64,000 nucleotides of DNA from contig JAIQFQ010000004.1 in the NCBI GenBank assembly GCA_020073245.1, positions 24,181 through 88,180 of the forward strand, written 5' to 3'. Shown piece after piece: positions 27,773 through 36,131 of this stretch; position 1 is the stretch's first letter, and each line of letters starts with the position of its first letter. The DNA is from Terriglobia bacterium (GTDB taxonomy: Bacteria; Acidobacteriota; Thermoanaerobaculia; Thermoanaerobaculales; Thermoanaerobaculaceae). The notes under the pieces were generated by a model, which made no database searches, had not been told where the DNA came from, and worked only from the letters and a program-made list of their open reading frames with translations. A program made the translations under genes and the position numbers.

Positions 27773-28957
27773 ATGAATCCGGCCGCACTGCTCGCGCTCG
27801 TTTTGCCCGGCCTCGCCCTCTTGGCTGTGATGGCGTTGGCACAGAGGCGCCAGCTGCGCGAGGCTACCTCTCGGCCGGCGGGGGTGCTGCCTGGAGTGAG
27901 CATCCTCAAGCCGATGAAGGGCGCCGATCCCAACCTCGAGGAAAACCTGGACAGCTTCTTCCGGCTCGACTATTCCGAGTACGAAGTCCTGCTCGGCGTG
28001 GATGACCTCGCCGACCCGGCACTGGCGGTGGCGCGCGCCGTCGCCGCTCGGCACCCCGAGGTGCCTTGCCGGTTGGTCGTTGACCGTCGCACCGTCGGTT
28101 TCAACCCGAAGGTCAATAATCTCGCCAACATCACACGCCATGCCCGCCACGAGGTGCTCTGGATTTCCGACAGCAATACGCGGGTCGCGCCAGATACCCT
28201 TTCGGATCTTGTCGCCCGTCTCGAGCAGCCTGGCGTGGGCCTCGTCTCCTCGCCGTTCCGCGGTGTGGCAGCCACCGGCCTCGGCGGGGCGTGCGAGAGC
28301 CTCCAGCTCAACACGTTCGTGATGGGCGGCGTGGCCGCCATGCACCGCGTGATCGGCGGCGTGTGCGTGGTGGGCAAATCCATGATCCTGCGCCGCTCGA
28401 CCCTCGACGCCATCGGCGGCTTCCCCTTCCTCGCCCGCTTCCTTGCCGAGGATCAGGTGAGCGGCGAGGAGGTGGCACGGTTGGGCCTTCGTGTCGACGT
28501 TGCGAGCCGTCCGGTGGATAACGTGCTCGGTTACATGCCCCTGGATTCGTTTCTGGCCCGCCACCTGCGCTGGGCGCGCATCCGCCGTCGGATGAACCTC
28601 GTCGGCTACGTTGGCGAGGTGGTGCTCAACCCGGTGTTTCTCGCAACAATCGCGGCGCTCGCGCTGCAAAGCCGGGCAAGCCTCGCCCTGGCTGTTGCCG
28701 TGCTCGCGGTCAAGTCCGCTCTGGACGCAGCCGCCGAGCGAGGCGCCGGCGTGCGGCGCCCACTCGTCCTTTACCCAGCGCTCACGTTCGTTAAGGACAT
28801 TCTTGTCGGTGCCGTGTGGGCCGTTCCGATCGCCAGTGCGACGGTAGCTTGGCGCGGCAACCGGTTCCGTATCGGCCCGCGCACGGTGCTGCGTCGCGCC
28901 GGCGCGGAGAGTGACGCCATCACATTCGACCCCGCCTCCGCCGAAGCCACCGGTTAG
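27773..28957 (+). CDS. GT2-superfamily glycosyltransferase, ceramide-glucosyltransferase-like (GT21-like)
   Basis: ATG 27773 within tracked ORF 27599..28957. N-terminal TM helix, VSILKPMKGADPNLEENL, WISDSN (D.D-type), EDQVSGEE, and ARHLRWARIRR ((Q/R)..RW motif). Several C-terminal TM helices. Confidence 0.75.
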   Translation: MNPAALLALVLPGLALLAVMALAQRRQLREATSRPAGVLPGVSILKPMKGADPNLEENLDSFFRLDYSEYEVLLGVDDLADPALAVARAVAARHPEVPCRLVVDRRTVGFNPKVNNLANITRHARHEVLWISDSNTRVAPDTLSDLVARLEQPGVGLVSSPFRGVAATGLGGACESLQLNTFVMGGVAAMHRVIGGVCVVGKSMILRRSTLDAIGGFPFLARFLAEDQVSGEEVARLGLRVDVASRPVDNVLGYMPLDSFLARHLRWARIRRRMNLVGYVGEVVLNPVFLATIAALALQSRASLALAVAVLAVKSALDAAAERGAGVRRPLVLYPALTFVKDILVGAVWAVPIASATVAWRGNRFRIGPRTVLRRAGAESDAITFDPASAEATG

Positions 28958-29002
28958 GTCCGTCACGACGCCCGGGCCGAGGTTGACCATTGGGCTTGAA
29001 AT

Positions 29003-29140
29003 GGTCAGACGGAGGAAGTCAGAGGTGAAAAGGGAAGACGTGAAAGGGAAGATCAATAGCACACGGGCTTCTGTGAGGCTGTTTTCTGTCTGACCTTTGA
29101 CGTTTGACCCTTGACCTCTTCTTGTCGAACCTTCGAACCC
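29003..29140. repeat. Purine-block / pyrimidine-block heptad dyad element, copy A
   Basis: GA-rich arm 29003 to about 29055 (ggtcagacggaggaagtcagaggtgaaaagggaagacgtgaaagggaagatcaa). CT-rich arm about 29079-29140 containing four tandem heptads CTGACCT TTGACGT TTGACCC TTGACCT. GGTCAGAC (29003-29010) is the exact complement of GTCTGACC (29088-29095). Ends with TCGAACCTTCGAA (29125-29137). Confidence 0.55.
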
Positions 29141-29154
29141 TGCGTTATGAAACA

Positions 29155-29188
29155 CGAAGGCTCCCCGCATCGGGGAGCCTTCGATTTT
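29155..29188. terminator. Intrinsic terminator, probably bidirectional, between the convergent GT21-like and S1 genes
   Basis: CGAAGGCTCCCC-gcatc-GGGGAGCCTTCG, a perfect 12-bp stem (29155-29183), followed by aTTTTc on the plus strand. It lies 22 nt beyond the S1 gene stop on the minus strand. Confidence 0.6.
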
Positions 29189-29204
29189 CTGACGAAAGCT
29201 CGGT

Positions 29205-30629
29205 CTACTTCTTCTCGCCCTCCAGCGCCTTCATGAGGGCGCTGCCGAACGCCGTCACCTCGGGCTTGCGCTCCGCCTTCTTCTCTTCCTTCCAGTTGCG
29301 GAACTCCTTGACCGCCTTGCCCTCGCGAGCCTTCTTGACGGACAGGGAGAGGCGCTTGCGCTCCGGGTCGACGGTCAGCACGGTGGCTGAAACGCGGCTG
29401 CCGGCGACGAACGTCTTGGCGAGGTCGCCGCCCCGCGGGACGTCGGTCTCGGAGGCGGGGATCAGGCCGGTCAGGCCGGGTTCGAGCTGGACGAACACGC
29501 CGAAGTTGGCGGTGCGCTCCACGGTTCCCTCGACGGCGGTCTCGGCCGGATAACGCTGCGTGGCGTCGAGCCACGGGTCGGACGTTGCCACCTCGCGGAG
29601 GGTGAGCGACAGACGGTGGCGCTCCATATCGAGCTCGCGCACCCACCCCCGCACCGGAGTTCCAGGCGCCAGCGTCTCGTCGTCGAGCTTCATGCCGGGG
29701 GGGAGCTGGGACACGTGGATCAGGCCGTCGACTCCGGGCAGCAGCTCGACGAAGATGCCGAAATCCGTCTTGCGAGCTACGGTCCCTTCGAACACGGCGC
29801 CGGACGGAAACCGCTCCGGGACCTCGACCCACGGGTCAGGCTCCAGCGCCTTCATCGAGAGCGCTATCCGGGCCTTCTCCTTGTCGGCTTCGAGAACCTT
29901 CACGCGAACCGTGTCACCGACCTTGACGAGCTGCGACGGGCGGGCGTTCATCCTATGGGACAGCTCGGAGATGTGCACCATTCCGTCGATACCGCCGAGG
30001 TCCACGAAGACGCCGAAGTCGCGGATGCTCTTCACCGTCCCGTCGAGCTCCTGGCCCGGTACGATCCGCGCCCACGCCGCGGCGGCGGTTGCCTCGCGCT
30101 CGTCCTTGAGGACCTGGGCGCGGGAGACGACGAGCGAGTCGAGATCGTCCGACAGCTCGGTGATCCGGAACAGGAAGGACTTCCCGAGGTAGGCGTCCAC
30201 GTTGCGAGGGAAGCCGAGGTCGATCTGGGACATTGGGCAGAAGGCCCGCAACCCCGCGATCGAGATGTCGTAGCCGCCCTTGTTGCGTCCCGTGACCTTC
30301 CCATCGACGGGGACGCCGTTCTCGAAAGCACCCTTCAGGGCATCGCGCTCCCGCCGTTCGATGGCGAGCTTGTGCGAGACGCGCAGTTCGGGAGAGAGCG
30401 CGATGATGACCGCGTCGAGGCCGTCCCCCGGGCGCAGCTCGCCGAGCTCCGTACGGTCCATGACCGCCTCGGATTTTCCCCCGACGGCGATCAGGGCGAT
30501 GTCGCCGTGGACGGCCATCACCGAGCCGGTGACCAGCTGCCCGATCTCGAGCTCATCTTGCTGGAACGATTGAGCCAGGGCCTCCGCGAAGCTCTGGTCG
30601 TTCGAGGTTGCGTTCTTCTCGTTGCTCAT
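29205..30629 (-). CDS. rpsA: 30S ribosomal protein S1-like (five S1 RNA-binding domains)
   Basis: ATG 30629 (GAGGA SD 7 nt upstream) within tracked ORF 29205..30704. Repeated S1 motifs (GQLVTGSVMAVHGDIALI, GKVTGRNKGGYDISI, GTVKSIRDFGVFVDLGG..GMVHISEL, GTVARKTDFGIFVEL, GTVERTANFGVFVQL). Lys-rich tail. Confidence 0.85.
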   Translation of the reverse strand: MSNEKNATSNDQSFAEALAQSFQQDELEIGQLVTGSVMAVHGDIALIAVGGKSEAVMDRTELGELRPGDGLDAVIIALSPELRVSHKLAIERRERDALKGAFENGVPVDGKVTGRNKGGYDISIAGLRAFCPMSQIDLGFPRNVDAYLGKSFLFRITELSDDLDSLVVSRAQVLKDEREATAAAAWARIVPGQELDGTVKSIRDFGVFVDLGGIDGMVHISELSHRMNARPSQLVKVGDTVRVKVLEADKEKARIALSMKALEPDPWVEVPERFPSGAVFEGTVARKTDFGIFVELLPGVDGLIHVSQLPPGMKLDDETLAPGTPVRGWVRELDMERHRLSLTLREVATSDPWLDATQRYPAETAVEGTVERTANFGVFVQLEPGLTGLIPASETDVPRGGDLAKTFVAGSRVSATVLTVDPERKRLSLSVKKAREGKAVKEFRNWKEEKKAERKPEVTAFGSALMKALEGEKK

Positions 30630-30772
30630 GGTCCGATCCTCGCCGCCTGGTCCTGCTCCAGGCGCAGCCTCTCGGGCTGAGCCCGGCATTCTACACCCAT
30701 TCAACCCGAGGCGCTCGCCGCCTGGCCGAAGCAGAATCCAGTCCTGAGTGGGCGCGGCGTATCCTGGGTTTT

Positions 30773-31585
30773 GTGCGGCATGACACCTTTGCCTTTCTTG
30801 CCTTGACGCTCACGGCAGCGTGTGCCACCACCTCGCCGCCCTCCCTGCCCGGCACCCTCCGGGTCGAGGTGCTATCGGCGCTCGACCGGGTGCCCATCAC
30901 GGCCGCCGATGCGCTGTTGCCGGCCGGAACGGGCGATGAGGTCGAGGCCGGTCGCCTCACCACCATGCGGGCCCTGAGTGCCGACCTGGCCAACACGCTC
31001 GCTGCGAGCGGCGCGGAGGTCTGCCTCGGCGACGCGTCCATCACGGACGATAGACGCCCCGAGCCGGCTCGTCTCGCCGCAATCGGTCGTGCCGACGGCG
31101 TCGATGTCGTGGTCCTGCCGGAGCTTATTGCCTACGGGCAGATCCGAAGATCGTGGCTGTGGCTCCTGGCTGCCCAGGGCCTGGCGGCCGGCATAGGTCA
31201 CGGCGTCGTGGTTGCGCGTGCGACCGGGAACCCAACAACCGGCTGGTGGGTAGGAGTCGGGGAGTTCGCGCTCGAGACCATCACCTGGGTCGGAGGGGCG
31301 CTGGTAGCCTCCCGCGTGATCGACCCTGTGATCGTGCGGGTGTGGGCCGTGGACGCGAGCGACGGCGAATTGCTGGGTCGGTGGACGGGAGAGAACACGC
31401 GACCAGTCCGCAAGTGGTTTCGAACCGAGGGGCGACCGCCTCGGGCGGAGCGGCTCCTTCGCGTAGCGGATCGGGAGTTCGCCCGACTGGCGCCGAAGCT
31501 CCTCGCGGCGGTTGCGGCGGACGTTCGACGCCGGCAGCGAGGGCCGGACGGTGACTCTTCGGCGGACGAGGTGCACCATGAGTGA
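30773..31585 (+). CDS. Hypothetical lipoprotein
   Basis: GTG 30773 within tracked ORF 30608..31585. FAFLALTLTAAC looks like a lipobox. No recognisable domain. The earlier part of the tracked ORF overlaps the S1 gene start region. Confidence 0.4.
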   Translation: MRHDTFAFLALTLTAACATTSPPSLPGTLRVEVLSALDRVPITAADALLPAGTGDEVEAGRLTTMRALSADLANTLAASGAEVCLGDASITDDRRPEPARLAAIGRADGVDVVVLPELIAYGQIRRSWLWLLAAQGLAAGIGHGVVVARATGNPTTGWWVGVGEFALETITWVGGALVASRVIDPVIVRVWAVDASDGELLGRWTGENTRPVRKWFRTEGRPPRAERLLRVADREFARLAPKLLAAVAADVRRRQRGPDGDSSADEVHHE

Positions 31586-32534
31586 GGACCCCGGATCGAT
31601 CCGGATCGGTGTCTCGTCCTGTTTGCTCGGGTGCAAGGTGCGCTTCGACGGAGGGCACAAGAAGGACGACTTCCTGGTGGGCACCTTCGGACGCTGGGTC
31701 GAATGGGTTCCCGTGTGCCCTGAGGTCGAGGTCGGCATGGGCACGCCGCGCGAGTCGGTCCGCCTCCTCCGCGACGGGGACGAGATCCGAATGGTGGCTC
31801 CGAAGAGCGGGAAAGACTGGACCGACGCCATGAACAGGTACGCCGTGCGGCGTGTCGAGGAGCTTGCCGCCACGCGTCTTTGCGGCTGCGTGCTGAAGAA
31901 GGACTCACCCTCCTGCGGGATGGAGCGTGTCAAGGTCTACGGCACCGGCATGCCGACCAAGTCGGGAACCGGCGTGTTCGCTCGGGCGCTGCTCGTGCGT
32001 TTCCCCAACCTGCCCGTCGAGGAGGAGGGCCGCCTGTGCGATCCGCGGCTGCGCGACAACTTCGTCGAACGGGTGTTTGCCTACCATCGGCTCCGGCAGC
32101 TCTTCGACGGTCGCTGGACGCTCGGTGGGCTGGTGGCGTTTCACACCGCGCGCAAGCTCCAGTTGATGGCGCACGCCCCCAAGGCGTACGAGACGCTCGG
32201 AAAGCTAGTGGCCGGGGCGAAGGCAATGCCGCGCGACGAGGTCCAGACCCGGTACGAGGACGCCTTCATGCAGGGGCTCAAGACGATCGCGACCGTTCGG
32301 CGCAACACCAACGTGCTCCAGCACATCCTCGGCTACTTCAAGAGGCTCGTCGACGACGACGCGCGCGCCGAGCTCCTCGCGCTGATCGAGGACTACCACC
32401 TGGGCCTCGTTCCCCTCGTCGTCCCGATCACGCTGGTCCGCCACTACGTTCGGCTGCACGGCGTGCGCTACCTCGCGGGCCAGACCTACCTGGACCCTCA
32501 CCCGAAGGAGGTGATGCTCAGGAACCACGTGTGA
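31578..32534 (+). CDS. DUF523 + DUF1722 protein (YbgA / TudS-type)
   Basis: ATG 31578 within tracked ORF 31512..32534. IGVSSCLLGCKVRFDGGHKKD and VPVCPEVEVGMGTPRE are DUF523 Cys motifs. The C-terminal half has the DUF1722 helical region (LMAHAPKAY...YFKR). Confidence 0.8.
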   Translation: MSEDPGSIRIGVSSCLLGCKVRFDGGHKKDDFLVGTFGRWVEWVPVCPEVEVGMGTPRESVRLLRDGDEIRMVAPKSGKDWTDAMNRYAVRRVEELAATRLCGCVLKKDSPSCGMERVKVYGTGMPTKSGTGVFARALLVRFPNLPVEEEGRLCDPRLRDNFVERVFAYHRLRQLFDGRWTLGGLVAFHTARKLQLMAHAPKAYETLGKLVAGAKAMPRDEVQTRYEDAFMQGLKTIATVRRNTNVLQHILGYFKRLVDDDARAELLALIEDYHLGLVPLVVPITLVRHYVRLHGVRYLAGQTYLDPHPKEVMLRNHV

Positions 32535-32687
32535 GCGCGGCAGGCGGCGCTGCCACGCCCCTCATCACACCTCGTCCGCGTTCCGGTGATGTGCGGTGGG
32601 GAATGGACTTAGCCCCCAAGCCGTTTGGGTTTGACACGGATTCCACGACCGCGTGCGGTGGGGTCCGCGAGGGGGCTGCACCTGACG

Positions 32688-33755
32688 ATGGCGGCCAAGC
32701 CCACAGAGTTCGCGCTGACGCTGACCCCGAGGTCGCGCTACGACGCCATCGACGTCGCGGCCGCGATACGGCAGGATTTCGGCGATGCTCTCGCCGGCTT
32801 CCGGCGGGCGATGTACTGCTCGCTCCACACCACAGCTGGCTACCTTGAGCAGAGCCTCTCGGCGCGCCTCGATCACCGTCGTGACCGGCTGGATCCGTTC
32901 ATGCGGACGTTCCAAGCGCTGTTCCCCCCGGGGGCGGGGTACCGTCACGACCAACTCCACGAGCGCTCCGAGCTCTCCGAGGCTCAACGGCGCTGTGAGC
33001 CGAAGAACGCGGACTCGCACCTCGCGTACATCGGCTCCGGGTTGCGCAACTGCGTGACGTACGTCAACCGGCCGGGCGAGCCGGTTTTCTTCATGGATCT
33101 CGACGGTGTCAACGATGGGCATTTCCGGACCCGGCGGACCTGCGTCCTGGCGTACAGCCGCGCGGAGACCGTCGCGACGGTACGTTGCGAGATCCCCGTG
33201 TCCCGGCACCCCATCGACTCGGTCAACCTCGCGGACCAGCGAACCGGAATCCTCGCCCACGGCGAGGAACTGATTCGGCGCCACGGCGTGGAGAAGGGAC
33301 GACTCGAGATCACCCTCGACCCCAGCGAGCGCGATGCCGGGGTGACGGTCAACGAGTACGAGACGCTCCTGATGCGACACGACCTCGCGGAGGTGCTCGC
33401 CGATCCTCTGAAGTTCGCGGCTCGAACGGGCAAGCGGATTCTGCGTGACCCGCGGGCGATCGCGACCAAGAGCCTTGGGTACGCCCGCTACGACATGGTC
33501 CAGGTGCTCAACGAGCTCATGGACGCGTTGCGGATTTCGGAGTCGGCGGTCGAGAGGCTGCTTGCTCGGGCGATGGCGGTCCCTGCGCGGCGCTTCCTGC
33601 GCCTCAAGCGTGGCGTGAGTTTGCCGGTGTCCGACGGTCCGGGTTCCGGCGGCGGCGTGGTGCGCGGGACCTACCAGAACCCGATCTTGATCCAGTGGGC
33701 CACGGCACCCCACAACAGCCGCACGATCCTCCTCCGGCTCACGAGATTCAGCTAG
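32688..33755 (+). CDS. YjbQ/UPF0047-like domain protein with about 200-aa C-terminal extension
   Basis: ATG 32688 within tracked ORF 32625..33755. YDAIDVAAAI...AMYCSLHTTAGYLEQ and PKNADSHLAYIGSG match the HTTA and NA.(A/S)HL motifs of YjbQ-type proteins. About 355 aa in total versus about 140 aa for the canonical family. Confidence 0.5.
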   Translation: MAAKPTEFALTLTPRSRYDAIDVAAAIRQDFGDALAGFRRAMYCSLHTTAGYLEQSLSARLDHRRDRLDPFMRTFQALFPPGAGYRHDQLHERSELSEAQRRCEPKNADSHLAYIGSGLRNCVTYVNRPGEPVFFMDLDGVNDGHFRTRRTCVLAYSRAETVATVRCEIPVSRHPIDSVNLADQRTGILAHGEELIRRHGVEKGRLEITLDPSERDAGVTVNEYETLLMRHDLAEVLADPLKFAARTGKRILRDPRAIATKSLGYARYDMVQVLNELMDALRISESAVERLLARAMAVPARRFLRLKRGVSLPVSDGPGSGGGVVRGTYQNPILIQWATAPHNSRTILLRLTRFS

Positions 33756-33790
33756 TTGCAGAAGCCACGGGGGCCGGAGATCATGCAGGC

Positions 33791-34558
33791 ATGAGTGAAT
33801 CCGTTAGGCGGGTCTTTGTGGTGGGGCTGGGCGAGGTTGGCCGACGTCTCGCTGGGGCGCTCACCGCGTCGGGGACCGACGTCGCTCCCGTTACCCGCCA
33901 GGGGGGTTGGGAGCATCTCTCGGGCGACCGTGAGGCCCCCGTGCTGGTGTGCGTGCGCGAGGAGGCGCTCTCGGATACGGTTTCTCGCCTGCGCAACGTC
34001 GCTGCCGAGCGGCTCGTGTTCGTGCAGAACGGCTGGATCAGACCGCTGCTCGGGGGCGTACAAGGGTGTTCTCGAGGCCTCATCTGGTTCACCAGCAAGG
34101 GTGAGTTCTTCCGTGTGCTGCGCGCAAGCGTCTTCTCGGGTCCAGCCGCGCCGGCGGTCGCAGACGCCTTGAAACGCGGCGGGATCGCCGCCGCAGCGAT
34201 AGGCACCGAGGCGTTTGCAGGCGCGGAGGCCGAGAAGATGGGCTTCAACTGCGTCGTCGGGCTGCCACTCGCCGTGCATGCGTTGAGCCTCGGAGAGTAC
34301 CTGGACCGAAACGCAGCTGAGGCGGAGGCAGTGTTCTCCGAGGCGGCCGGAGTGACGGCGCGCGCCCTGGGGGTCACCCCCTCAAACGACTGGTGGCCTG
34401 AGTTCCTCCGGGTCGCAAAGCCCCTCGGCTGGGTGCGATCGGCCGCGCCCAAGGCGCTCGAGTTCCGCAACGGAGCCGTGGCGCGTCTCGCGAGGGAGCG
34501 AGGAGAACGCACGCCCGCGAACGAACGTTTGCTAAAAGCTGTGGGGTTCGAGATCTGA
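33791..34558 (+). CDS. Rossmann-fold NAD(P)-binding protein, ketopantoate-reductase (ApbA/PanE)-like, tentative
   Basis: ATG 33791 within tracked ORF 33695..34558. VFVVGLGEVGRRLAGAL dinucleotide-binding motif. About 255 aa. Confidence 0.4.
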   Translation: MSESVRRVFVVGLGEVGRRLAGALTASGTDVAPVTRQGGWEHLSGDREAPVLVCVREEALSDTVSRLRNVAAERLVFVQNGWIRPLLGGVQGCSRGLIWFTSKGEFFRVLRASVFSGPAAPAVADALKRGGIAAAAIGTEAFAGAEAEKMGFNCVVGLPLAVHALSLGEYLDRNAAEAEAVFSEAAGVTARALGVTPSNDWWPEFLRVAKPLGWVRSAAPKALEFRNGAVARLARERGERTPANERLLKAVGFEI

Positions 34559-34600
34559 GTCCCGTAGCCGCCCTCAATCGCCCAGTCAGGGGAATCTCAC

Positions 34601-34737
34601 GGGTAAAAGGTCAAAGGTAAGAGGGTAGACGGGAGACGGAAGAGGGAAATCGTTAAAGGGCAAACGGAAGCCAAGGTCACCCGTTGTCTTTCCTCTACCT
34701 TCTACCCTCTTCCCTTCCTCTCTTTGCCACCTTGAGG
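34601..34737. repeat. Purine-block / pyrimidine-block heptad dyad element, copy B
   Basis: Ten consecutive heptads at 34607-34676: AAGGTCA AAGGTAA GAGGGTA GACGGGA GACGGAA GAGGGAA ATCGTTA AAGGGCA AACGGAA GCCAAGG. Short centre, then the CT-rich arm 34686-34737. Its reverse complement reads ...AAGGGAA GAGGGTA GAAGGTA GAGGAAA. Confidence 0.6.
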
Positions 34738-34767
34738 CCGAGAGCGGGCGGGTGTAACGTCGGGCCA

Positions 34768-36051
34768 ATGGAACCCACGCTCCTGCAACAGCTCGCGGCT
34801 CTGACCCACCCGGAAGCGCTCAAGATACTGCTGGTCCTGTTCCTCTCGTTCCTCCTTGGCCTCGAGCGCGAGGGCCGCAAGGCGCACGCCGGGCACTACA
34901 TCTTCGGCGGCGTCCGCACCTTCCCGCTGATCGGTCTCGTCGGGTACGCGATGGCGCTCGTCGCCGGCCAGCAACTCCTGTCCGTGGCGCTCGGGTTCGT
35001 GGTCGTCGGGGCGTTCCTCCTGGTCTCCTACCTGCACAAGCTCGCGAGCTCCGAGGACGCTGGCGTCACCACGGAGGTGTCCGGCCTCGTCACCTACCTG
35101 CTTGGCGCCGTTGTCTGCTACGGCTACTACTGGATCGCGGTCACCATCGTCGTCCTCGCGATGCTCCTGCTCGAGCTCAAGGCCGCCCTCGAGGGGCTCA
35201 CCGAGCGGATCCCGTCCGAGGATGTCGTGACCTTCACCAAGTTCCTTCTGCTCACCGTCGTGATCCTGCCGGCCGTGCCGAACCGCGAGTTCGGGTCGTT
35301 CCTGATCAACCCGTTCCGGACATGGATCATCGTCATCGCGGTGAGCGGGATCTCATACGGCAGCTACGTCCTGCAACGTGTTACGCGGAAGCGCGGCGGG
35401 GTCGTGCTGGCGGCCCTGCTCGGCGGGGCCTACTCGTCGACCGTCATGACCGTCGCTCTGGCGCGTCGGGCGCGCCGCGAGCACCGCCCCAACCTGTTCG
35501 CGGGCAGCATGGTGCTGGCTTCGGGTGTGATGTACCTGAGAGTGCTGGCCCTGCTCGCCATCTTCAACGGCGCCCTCGCGGGACGAGTCGCGCTGCCGTT
35601 CGTGGCCCTGGGTGTTGGGACGATGCTCGGCGGGTATCTCTGGTCGCGCGTTCCGGACCCGGTGCAGGGTCCGGTTGAGCGCGAGTACGAGGCGAAGAAC
35701 CCGCTCGAGGTTCGGTCGGCGTTCCTCTTCGCGGCCGTCTTCCTGGCGATCATGGTCGTGACGAGGCTTGCCGTCGAGCGCTTCGGCACCGTCGGGATCG
35801 TGGCGCTCGCCGCGCTCATGGGGGTGAGCGACGTGGACCCGTTCATCATGGGCCTGACGCAGACGGCGGTGTCGGCGACGCTTCTGGCCACCGCCGCTGC
35901 TGCGGTCGTCGTGGCCACCGCCAGCAACAACGCGATCAAGGGGATCTACGCGTACGCCTTCGCGGACCGTGCGACGGGCGTCCGGGGTCTCGCGGCGCTC
36001 CTTCTGCTCGCCGCGATCGGTCTCCTGCCGCTGCTGGTCCTTGCCCCGTAG
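34768..36051 (+). CDS. MgtC/SapB-family membrane protein with DUF4010 C-terminal domain
   Basis: ATG 34768 within tracked ORF 34684..36051. LGLEREGRKAHAGHYIFGGVRTFPLIG at the N-terminus. Polytopic throughout (427 aa). Confidence 0.8.
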   Translation: MEPTLLQQLAALTHPEALKILLVLFLSFLLGLEREGRKAHAGHYIFGGVRTFPLIGLVGYAMALVAGQQLLSVALGFVVVGAFLLVSYLHKLASSEDAGVTTEVSGLVTYLLGAVVCYGYYWIAVTIVVLAMLLLELKAALEGLTERIPSEDVVTFTKFLLLTVVILPAVPNREFGSFLINPFRTWIIVIAVSGISYGSYVLQRVTRKRGGVVLAALLGGAYSSTVMTVALARRARREHRPNLFAGSMVLASGVMYLRVLALLAIFNGALAGRVALPFVALGVGTMLGGYLWSRVPDPVQGPVEREYEAKNPLEVRSAFLFAAVFLAIMVVTRLAVERFGTVGIVALAALMGVSDVDPFIMGLTQTAVSATLLATAAAAVVVATASNNAIKGIYAYAFADRATGVRGLAALLLLAAIGLLPLLVLAP

Positions 36052-36131
36052 GCCGGGCTGCTCGCGTGGTGCAGGGCGGGCCGGTTCGCTTCCGGCACAC
36101 CCGGACGTCGCCCCTCTGGTCCCCTGCTGCG

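Noticed and set aside
27746-29170. 474-aa ORF antisense to the GT21-like glycosyltransferase, running into repeat element A
   Set aside because: No motifs and antisense-type composition. The sense strand has GT2 motifs (D.D, (Q/R)..RW) and TM helices.
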